From assembly GCA_050951545.1 (NCBI GenBank), contig JBMNJG010000012.1, forward strand, positions 64,001-128,000: DNA of 64,000 nt, read 5' to 3'. The position numbers and the translations under genes are program-made. This document shows positions 56,876-64,000 of this stretch, one piece after another. The notes below the pieces were generated by a model. The model was not told the DNA's origin. It ran no database searches and saw only the letters and a list, made by a program, of their open reading frames with translations. The stretch is from Limnochordia bacterium. Lineage in GTDB: Bacteria > Bacillota > Limnochordia > DTU080. How positions within the stretch are numbered: the first letter of the stretch is position 1; every line of letters starts with the position of its first letter.

Positions 56876-57807
56876 CTGGAGAGCCTCCCACCATTGGATC
56901 TGGGAAAGACACAGATGGGTTGCCACAGTCCGGGGTGCTCAAGCACAGGCTGAGCGAGCGCAACGAGCGTGCCTTGGGGATCGTGCACCCGGACGGTAGA
57001 AGCGGGCTCAGTAGAAAGAGCTGCTGGGAAACGACGACCGTGGAGCAGATCGTCCTGCGCCCTGGCATCAGCAATAACAGCTGGCAAGTGCTCAACAGCG
57101 ACCGTTGGAGAGAGGACATATTCGACGAGGCGGCCAGTTGACTGTGCTGCTAGGAGCTCTTCGAACGTGATGGCATCAGAAATGCCAAGGGGGCCAGCAT
57201 GGGTGCGCACCAGACAAGACATATGGGCAGGACATCCCAGATGGGCGCCGATGTCCACGCAGAGCGTGCGGATGTAAGTGCCTGCCGAGCAATGCACATC
57301 AAAGAGTACGCGGCTACCGAGGCCAAGCACTGGAGCCTCCTCGGGCCAGATCTTCCGGATGTGCATTTCATAGATCTGAATGGTCCTAGGTTGGCGCTCA
57401 ACCACGTGACCCTCCCTAGCCAATTCGTAAAGGCGACGGCCTCCGACGCGCACGGCCGACAACATCGGAGGGGTCTGCTCGACACTACCCACGAAGGAAG
57501 CAAGAGCTTCTCCCAGCTGCCGGGGCGTGATGTGGAGTTCCTTGGCCACCTCCAGGGTAGCCCCACCGCCATCTTGGGTTTGGGTGGAAATACCCAACGT
57601 CATTTCGGCTCGGTACCACTTGTCGTCGGGCATGTAGCGTACCAGGCGCGTAGCCCATCCGAGAAACAGTGGCAAAACTCCGCTGACTCCGGGGTCAAGT
57701 GTCCCTCCGTGACCAATGCGTCGCTGCCCGAAAACACGGCGCGCAGCTGCTACCGCATCATGGGAAGTCATCCCCGATGGCTTCAGCAAGTTGACGATGC
57801 CGTTCAC
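56872..57807 (-). CDS. truB: tRNA pseudouridine(55) synthase
   Basis: KP.GMTSHD, GHGGTLDP, PP..SA, CSAGTYIRTL. Confidence 0.97.
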   Translation of the reverse strand: MNGIVNLLKPSGMTSHDAVAAARRVFGQRRIGHGGTLDPGVSGVLPLFLGWATRLVRYMPDDKWYRAEMTLGISTQTQDGGGATLEVAKELHITPRQLGEALASFVGSVEQTPPMLSAVRVGGRRLYELAREGHVVERQPRTIQIYEMHIRKIWPEEAPVLGLGSRVLFDVHCSAGTYIRTLCVDIGAHLGCPAHMSCLVRTHAGPLGISDAITFEELLAAQSTGRLVEYVLSPTVAVEHLPAVIADARAQDDLLHGRRFPAALSTEPASTVRVHDPQGTLVALAQPVLEHPGLWQPICVFPRSNGGRLSR

Positions 57808-57824
57808 GAAAGCCAGGTCCCCCT

Positions 57825-58829
57825 CTACGCTTCTTGCGTCGACATCTGTTTCTTCAGAGTCTCTGAGACGCGTGCCAGCACCGTCGCCCGCGCTTGCTCC
57901 AGAGGAAGAAATAGACGGCAGCCAGCGGCACGGGCATGACCTCCCCCACCGAGTTGTGCCGCCAGGGCGCTCACATCGAGACGGTTCTTAGATCGGAAAC
58001 TGACGCGCACCTCTTGGGGTGATGTTTCTCGGAAGATGATGGCCAACTCCACGCCTTCGATCATGCGCGGGTATTGGACCAGACCTTCCGTTTCTTCCGG
58101 ACGCATACACTCAGAAGTGAGTAGATCATGGCTTAGCGAAATCCAGGCAACTCGGCCATCCTCGCTACGCTCCAATGCCTGAAGCGCTCGTTGCAGAAAT
58201 CGCATGTAGCCCCAGGAATGGGTCTCGTAAAGATGCTTCGCCACGTAATCCGGTTTCGCTCCGTACCCAACGAGGTCCGCCGCTATACGAAGTGAACGTT
58301 CGGTGGCATTGCTGAAGCGAAATGAACCAGTGTCAGACACAATAGCTGTGTAGAGAAGGGTCGCTGCATCCGCGTTCAGATGCAAGTCCAAGGCCGCGAT
58401 CAGGGCATAGATCAGCTCGCCCGTGGCGGAAGCTTCCGGGTCAAGAAGGCGGATTGTTCCAGAGCTCGAGTTGGTGGGATGATGATCGATGTTGATCACC
58501 AGGCGCGCTGTTTGTGCCCACTCAGCAACTATTCCTGCTCTTCTCAGGTCACCGTCAACTACCACGATGCTTTCCCACTCACTTCGGTGCACTTGCTCCG
58601 GTGACCTGAGGCGTTGCCGGTGCGGAAGGAAATCCCAGTTTGGCGAGCTGGGATCCGTTACGACCGGCACGCTTGTTTTCCCGAGACTGCGCAAGGCCCA
58701 ATCGAGCGCCAGAAGGCTTCCTACGCAGTCGGGGTCGGGATCGACATGACCAGCCAGCAAAAAACGGTCGCCTCTCTGCAGCGCCTCTACCACACCGCGC
58801 ATCTGGCGGTTGTCAGGTCTGTCAGGCAT
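57825..58829 (-). CDS. nrnA: DHH-family oligoribonuclease/pAp phosphatase NrnA
   Basis: H.DPDPD..GS, IDHH, DTGSF, SFRS, GGGH..AAG. Confidence 0.93.
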   Translation of the reverse strand: MPDRPDNRQMRGVVEALQRGDRFLLAGHVDPDPDCVGSLLALDWALRSLGKTSVPVVTDPSSPNWDFLPHRQRLRSPEQVHRSEWESIVVVDGDLRRAGIVAEWAQTARLVINIDHHPTNSSSGTIRLLDPEASATGELIYALIAALDLHLNADAATLLYTAIVSDTGSFRFSNATERSLRIAADLVGYGAKPDYVAKHLYETHSWGYMRFLQRALQALERSEDGRVAWISLSHDLLTSECMRPEETEGLVQYPRMIEGVELAIIFRETSPQEVRVSFRSKNRLDVSALAAQLGGGGHARAAGCRLFLPLEQARATVLARVSETLKKQMSTQEA

Positions 58830-59187
58830 CGCTATCGGACTCCTCGTTCTGGCGTAGCTCCGCTAACAGCTCGTCGATGCGCGCCCCCTTTTGCGCAGTC
58901 TGATCCAAACGAAAGCTGACTTCCGGCGTATGGCGCAGTCGAATACGCTGCCCCAACTCCGATCGGAAGAACCCCGTGCCAGACTTCAGTGCCGTCAGCG
59001 TGTCCTTTGCGCTCGTTTCGTCGCCTAGAACACTAACGTAGACGCGGACGTAGCTGAGGTCCCTTGTGATATCGACATCCGTTACGGTCACGAAACCCAG
59101 TCGAGGGTCCTTCATGAGCTTTATGATCTCGCTTGCGTTACGCTTTATTTCCTCACGTAGGCGTGCTATTCTCTGCTCACTTGCCAT
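58822..59187 (-). CDS. rbfA: Ribosome-binding factor A
   Basis: KDPRLGFVTVT.V..T.DL, RLRHTPE..F..D. Confidence 0.96.
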   Translation of the reverse strand: MASEQRIARLREEIKRNASEIIKLMKDPRLGFVTVTDVDITRDLSYVRVYVSVLGDETSAKDTLTALKSGTGFFRSELGQRIRLRHTPEVSFRLDQTAQKGARIDELLAELRQNEESDSDA

Positions 59188-59206
59188 CCCCATCACCTGC
59201 CACTTG

Positions 59207-59488
59207 CTACAGATATTCTAAGGTCCGTGCAATCACTTCAGCTTCAGCATGTGAGTCATACAGCCGGGTTACGCTGTCCAATACTCCCTGGACCACCTTG
59301 GCAGTGCAACCGACGCATGCCACAGCAACTTGGGCGCGTTTATGGTCATTCTGGTAGGCTACTTCAGCGACAGAAACGTTGAAGCGGGCCCTGGTTCGAT
59401 CTAACAGCCCAGACAGCACACGCCGTTTGTCTTTCAGGTTGGTGCTTGACTGAACCAGAAAGTCGACGATAAGGACGGCGACAACCAC
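59207..59488 (-). CDS. ylxP: DUF503 (YlxP) protein
   Basis: LKDKR, RFNVSVAEV..QND; position between infB and rbfA. Confidence 0.9.
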   Translation of the reverse strand: MVVAVLIVDFLVQSSTNLKDKRRVLSGLLDRTRARFNVSVAEVAYQNDHKRAQVAVACVGCTAKVVQGVLDSVTRLYDSHAEAEVIARTLEYL

Positions 59489-59489
59489 T

Positions 59490-62111
59490 TTAGGGTTCTA
59501 CCTTCCGCATATGGTATGCCTCCAGGTGATCCCCTTCCTTGACATCATTGAAGCGCTCGATACCGATACCGCATTCATAGCCCTCAAGCACTTCACGGAC
59601 GTCGTCCTTAAACCGCTTGAGCGAGCTGATCTTTCCTTCATAGATGACCACTTGGTCACGCAGGACGCGCACCAAGGCGTTACGTAGTATCCTACCGTCT
59701 GTCACATAGCAGCCAGCGATGGTGCCGATATTGGGTACGCGGAAGGTGGCGCGCACCTCTGCCCTTCCCAATACGGCCTCTTCGTATTCAGGTTCCAGCA
59801 GACCAGTCATGGCTGCCTTGATGTCGTCAAGCGCCTCGTAGATCACTCTGTAGAGGCGGATATCCACTTCCTCGCGTTCTGCAGCTCGACGCGTGTCGGG
59901 TTCAGGGCGCACATTAAAGCCGATAATGATGGCGTTGGAAGCTGAAGCCAGCACCACGTCCGTCTCCGTGATTCCACCCGTGCCAGCATGAATGACGTTC
60001 ACACGAACTCGGTCGTCAGATAGCTTCTCCAGGCTGCTGCCGAGTGCTTCAACTGTTCCTTGTACGTCGGCCTTGACAATGATGTTAAGGTCTTTGACTA
60101 CCCCTTCTTCGATTTTGCTGAATAACTCTGATAGACGGAGACGTCCGGCCTTCTGAGTGTCCTTTCTTTCGTCTGAACGCTTCTCGGCCAGTTGACGAGC
60201 TGCTCGCTCATCGTCTAGAACCTCGACGCGGTCTCCAGCGGCGGGCACACCCTCTAAGCCCAGTATGGATACTGGTACCGAAGGCCCCGCCTCCTTGATG
60301 CTGCGACCACGGTAGTCAAACATGGCGCGAACGCGGCCCGACGTGGACCCGGCGACAACCATGTCACCTGTGCGCAGTGTTCCGTTCTGAATGAGCACTG
60401 TGGCTGTGGAACCCCGGTTCCGATCAAGTTCGGCCTCAATGACTGACCCCACAGCAGGCCGATCCGGGTTGGCTTTCAGTTCAGCCATCTCAGCGACGAG
60501 CAAGACCATCTCAAGCAGGTCTTCGATGCCTGCCTTCTTCAGGGCAGATACCTCGACCGTCACTGTGCTGCCACCCCAGTCCTCTGACAAGAGCTCGTGA
60601 TCGGCTAGTTGCTGCCTCACACGATCGGGATTGGCACCGGGGCGGTCCGTCTTGTTGATAGCCACAATAATGGGTACGTCAGCTGCCTTGGCGTGGTTCA
60701 GTGCCTCGACTGTTTGTGGCATGACTCCATCATCTGCAGCAACAACCAGGATGGCCAAATCAGTGATCTGAGCCCCGCGAGAGCGCATGGCAGTGAACGC
60801 TTCGTGACCCGGTGTGTCTAGGAAAGTAATGAGCTGACCGTTCTTTTCGACCTGGTAGGCGCCAGTGTGTTGCGTAATGCCCCCAGCCTCAGTCTCTACC
60901 ACCCTTGATTCACGAATCGCATCAAGCAGCGTGGTCTTTCCGTGATCGACGTGACCAAGAATAGTCACCACTGGGGGACGAGGCTGAAGTTTGCCTTTCT
61001 CCTCGTCGGGACTGATCGTGACCAGATGTTTTTTCTCCTTCGCAGGCCTCTGCACAACTCCACCCAACTTCTCTACCACCATGGAGGCAACATCAAAGTC
61101 GATGACGTTGTTGATCGCCGCCATGACACCTTCTTCCATGAGGGCCTTGATGACGGTGGTGGCAGGTAGATCGAGTTCACCTGCGAGATCTGCAACGGTG
61201 ATCGTATCTGGGATGACTATCGTCTTGGGACCCGTGGGCTGCGGAGGCGACTCAGGAGTTGATTTCGCAGCGGCCCCTCGAGCAGAACGTGGCCTTTGCT
61301 TGGCTGGTGGTCTGCGCCCAGTCGCTGACGCCGGACGACCCCCGGGACCACTGGCTCCGGGCCGACGAGACCTCGCGGCCCCGCTTTTTCGGCGTGCAGA
61401 AGTACTCGCCATTCCCGGCTGAGCTTGTGGTCTTTCCCCAGTCGCAGCCGTCGGCCTATCTTGGCGTGGGCCCCTTGGAGCCGATCGACGTTCGGCAGCC
61501 GGGCGCCCACTGGACCGTGAGGGTCGCGTGGGGGCAGGCCTTGACGTACGTGTCGCCGTCTCTTCATCTTCCTCATCTGCGAGACGGGTCGCAGGGCGTG
61601 GGCGGGCATCTCTCTGCCTCAGGGTCTCTTTGGGCGGCGCTTTCTGCGGCTGTGGCTCTGGTGGCGCGGCAGCGGCCTGTTTCGCGGCTGGCGGTTCAGC
61701 GGCGGTTGTCGCATCCTGCGCTGCCTCACTGGCGGTACCCAGTGACGAAGCTAACGCTTCGGCGCTCTTGGACACTGCAGCGGTTTCGCCATGCGCGCTC
61801 TGAGAAGCAGACTCATTCACAGCGACAGGAGCCTCATCAGTGGTCTCAGCTTCCTCCTGTGGCCGTTTCGCGCCTCTTCCTCTACGCACGCGCGGGGGCA
61901 TACCCACCGGGCGTGGCTTAACAGCTTGGGCAGATGAACCCGGAAGTGGTACTGACGGGGAAAAGCGTCGCCGCGCAAGCTCCGCATAACGTTCGTCGAC
62001 CACACTCATATGGTTTTTCACATCCGCGCCGAGCCCAGCAAGGTAACTGATGATCTCCTTGTTGTCAACGCTGAGATCCTTTGCCAGCTCGTAAACGCGT
62101 GTTTTCGGCAT
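59490..62111 (-). CDS. infB: Translation initiation factor IF-2
   Basis: RVYELAK N-domain, [27 protein letters not shown]. Confidence 0.98.
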   Translation of the reverse strand: MPKTRVYELAKDLSVDNKEIISYLAGLGADVKNHMSVVDERYAELARRRFSPSVPLPGSSAQAVKPRPVGMPPRVRRGRGAKRPQEEAETTDEAPVAVNESASQSAHGETAAVSKSAEALASSLGTASEAAQDATTAAEPPAAKQAAAAPPEPQPQKAPPKETLRQRDARPRPATRLADEEDEETATRTSRPAPTRPSRSSGRPAAERRSAPRGPRQDRPTAATGERPQAQPGMASTSARRKSGAARSRRPGASGPGGRPASATGRRPPAKQRPRSARGAAAKSTPESPPQPTGPKTIVIPDTITVADLAGELDLPATTVIKALMEEGVMAAINNVIDFDVASMVVEKLGGVVQRPAKEKKHLVTISPDEEKGKLQPRPPVVTILGHVDHGKTTLLDAIRESRVVETEAGGITQHTGAYQVEKNGQLITFLDTPGHEAFTAMRSRGAQITDLAILVVAADDGVMPQTVEALNHAKAADVPIIVAINKTDRPGANPDRVRQQLADHELLSEDWGGSTVTVEVSALKKAGIEDLLEMVLLVAEMAELKANPDRPAVGSVIEAELDRNRGSTATVLIQNGTLRTGDMVVAGSTSGRVRAMFDYRGRSIKEAGPSVPVSILGLEGVPAAGDRVEVLDDERAARQLAEKRSDERKDTQKAGRLRLSELFSKIEEGVVKDLNIIVKADVQGTVEALGSSLEKLSDDRVRVNVIHAGTGGITETDVVLASASNAIIIGFNVRPEPDTRRAAEREEVDIRLYRVIYEALDDIKAAMTGLLEPEYEEAVLGRAEVRATFRVPNIGTIAGCYVTDGRILRNALVRVLRDQVVIYEGKISSLKRFKDDVREVLEGYECGIGIERFNDVKEGDHLEAYHMRKVEP

Positions 62112-62133
62112 GAACATCACCCCAAAATCTTAA

Positions 62134-62433
62134 CTAATCGCTCTTGGCGGCTACCTGTAGGTTTCTGGCGAGGGCTGGGTCACAGATACCAATGACAGCA
62201 CGACCCGATCTCCCTATCGCCTTGCCCAGAGTATCTTTGGTAGCCATCTGCACAAACGGAACACCTCTACGAGCGGCCCTAGTCAGGAATCTGCGCTTGA
62301 CATTGTCGGAGGCATCGTTGGCGAGCACGAGTAGATAGACTCGGTTTCTCTCCAGTGCCTCCTCACATGCGGCGTCGCCGGAAACCAGGCGGCCAGCAGC
62401 CTGTGCGATTCCCAACAAAGAAAGGAACCTCAC
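62134..62433 (-). CDS. ylxQ: L7Ae/YlxQ family RNA-binding protein
   Basis: LLG.A..AG.LVSG, LA.DAS.N, LGKAIG. Confidence 0.9.
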   Translation of the reverse strand: MRFLSLLGIAQAAGRLVSGDAACEEALERNRVYLLVLANDASDNVKRRFLTRAARRGVPFVQMATKDTLGKAIGRSGRAVIGICDPALARNLQVAAKSD

Positions 62434-62702
62434 TTGACAGACTCCGAAAGCTGTTGCCGCAAGGTCTCCACGAGTTCCGCAGCCATGGGCCTTGCTAGAG
62501 CCCTTTCGAGGCTCTTGGTAGCTACAGCTTGCTCAAGACAACTCAGCGAAGGACAGATGTAGGCACCACGTCCAGAGGCCCTGCCACTGGGATCTAGATG
62601 AACATTCCCCTGCGGGTCGCGCACAATGCGCAGTAGTTCCTTTTTGCCCTTTACCTGACGACAACCTACGCAGGTTCTTTGGGGAACTCTTCTCGGGCGC
62701 AT
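62430..62702 (-). CDS. ylxR: YlxR/RnpM (DUF448) protein
   Basis: PQRTCVGC, KKELLRIVR, GRGAYIC. Confidence 0.93.
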   Translation of the reverse strand: MRPRRVPQRTCVGCRQVKGKKELLRIVRDPQGNVHLDPSGRASGRGAYICPSLSCLEQAVATKSLERALARPMAAELVETLRQQLSESVK

Positions 62703-62716
62703 AACCTAACCTTCTC

Positions 62717-64000
62717 TCACTGCTTGTCGCTGAGCTTATCCATGAGTTTTGCCAGATCCGCAAGATCCTTGAGCACGATCGTCTCTTTCTCTTTCCCCTG
62801 CTTCTTGGCACGTTTAGTGTCTGTACCAGAGAGCGGCGCCAGTTCTTTCTCTATGCTTTCTGGCTGCTCAGGGGCAGACTCTGGAACTGCGCCAGCGTGT
62901 TCTTCTGCAGTAAACAACGAAGGCAGTTCGTCTTCGTCACCTTCGACCTCGTCCAGAAGCTGATCAATCTCCCGCCGCTTCGGCGAGCGTGGCTTTTTGC
63001 CTCTTGGTGTTTCGACTGTGCTATCTGATTCGGGTTGGGCGGGCTGTGACACAGAAAGCTCTGTCTGTAGCTCATCTGCCGGATCCGATTCTGTGGTCGA
63101 GAGCTCATCTTGCTCTATGTCAGTCTTCTCCTCATCTGGCGCATCGTCGTCGCGAGGTGGGATGGCAAACATTCGCCGGGCCTCCATGGCGAGAAGCTCC
63201 TGCATCTGACTCTCACTCTTGATATCGATCTTCCAGCCAGTCAGACGAGCACCCAAACGGGCGTTTTGGCCCTCCTTGCCGATCGCCAACGAGAGCTGGT
63301 GATCCGGAACTACGGCTCGTGCCGTCTTCTCACCATCCATGATGTGCACTCTCAAGACGCGTGCGGGACTGAGAGCGCTCGCAATGAACAGCTCAGGGTC
63401 ACTGCTCCACTGCACAATATCGATCTTCTCACCTCTCAGCTCCTGTACCACTGCCTGGACCCGCATTCCGCGCGGACCTACACACGCGCCGACCGGGTCG
63501 ACATTTGGATCTCGGGAGTAGACGGCCATTTTGGAGCGACTTCCGGCTTCCCGCGCCACCGCTCTCAGCTCCACGATGCCATCGTGAATCTCAGGAACCT
63601 CAAGCTCGAAGAGCCGCTTGAGTAGACCAGGGTGCGTGCGAGAGGCGACAACCTGGGGCCCCCGGGTCGTCTTGCGCACTTCTGTGACGTAGACTTTCAT
63701 GCGCGTCCCGTGGCCATAGTTTTCCCTAGTGATTTGCTCGCTAGGAGGAAGGATGGCTTCTACCTTGCCGAGATCGACTAGCACATTTCGATGCTCTGTG
63801 CGCTGTACGATGCCCGTGACGATATCGCCCTCGCGGTCCTGGAACTCCTCGAAGATCATGGCTCGCTCGGCTTCCCGAATCCGTTGAATGACTACCTGCT
63901 TGGCAGTCTGTGCAGCGATACGTCCGAAGTCGCGAGGAGTTACCTCTATCTCTACAACATCATCAAGCTGGTAATTGGCATCGATGGCTTTGGCATCCTC
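62717..64000 (-). CDS. nusA: Transcription factor NusA, 5'-truncated by window edge, with acidic C-terminal extension
   Basis: FGRIAAQTAKQV, ELEVPEI, GACVG.RG.R, LSLAIGKEGQNARL; frame open to the edge. Confidence 0.97.
   Translation of the reverse strand, partial: EDAKAIDANYQLDDVVEIEVTPRDFGRIAAQTAKQVVIQRIREAERAMIFEEFQDREGDIVTGIVQRTEHRNVLVDLGKVEAILPPSEQITRENYGHGTRMKVYVTEVRKTTRGPQVVASRTHPGLLKRLFELEVPEIHDGIVELRAVAREAGSRSKMAVYSRDPNVDPVGACVGPRGMRVQAVVQELRGEKIDIVQWSSDPELFIASALSPARVLRVHIMDGEKTARAVVPDHQLSLAIGKEGQNARLGARLTGWKIDIKSESQMQELLAMEARRMFAIPPRDDDAPDEEKTDIEQDELSTTESDPADELQTELSVSQPAQPESDSTVETPRGKKPRSPKRREIDQLLDEVEGDEDELPSLFTAEEHAGAVPESAPEQPESIEKELAPLSGTDTKRAKKQGKEKETIVLKDLADLAKLMDKLSDKQ

Noticed and set aside
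61200-62000. Low-complexity Pro/Ala/Arg stretch in infB as an insertion element
   Set aside because: Variable low-complexity N-terminal linkers are normal for IF-2, and the frame is intact

Overview
Core chromosomal region of a GC-rich, endospore-forming Firmicute (Bacillota). The co-occurrence of spoIIM/dacF/spoIIA/spoVK/sigH with an ExbB-ExbD-TonB-like set suggests a diderm lineage such as Limnochordia (inference). The window appears to span the replication terminus: genes are mostly + up to ~12.9 kb and overwhelmingly - afterwards, and a perfectly symmetric 11-6-11 dif-like site (10560-10587) lies inside the promoter of a single Xer-type recombinase, while xerD is absent from its usual spoIIM-deoB slot. 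Housekeeping blocks are nusA-ylxR-ylxQ-infB-ylxP-rbfA-nrnA-truB-ribF-rpsO-pnp, DUF3866-spoIIM-deoB-pdp-dacF-spoIIAA/AB/sigF, iscS-thiI, miaB-mutS-mutL-miaA-spoVK, ynbB-speD-sigH-mgtC-surE, lexA/yneA, tRNA-Trp and an EF-G paralogue. The most unusual elements are: (1) an exbB-exbD-tonB-like cluster with no TonB-dependent receptor, followed by a secreted Ig/cohesin protein and a 1039-aa SLH + coiled-coil + C-terminal-anchor rod with eight 65-aa repeats; (2) the single-Xer/palindromic-dif module; (3) an unannotated hairpin motif present in three copies within 5.4 kb; (4) a ~100-nt rod-shaped ncRNA candidate beside dif; (5) a spoVK-GTPase-UbiA-like-Cys-peptide operon where hfq/hflX normally sit. 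No CRISPR array, IS or prophage was seen. All family calls come from motif recognition by eye, not from database searches.
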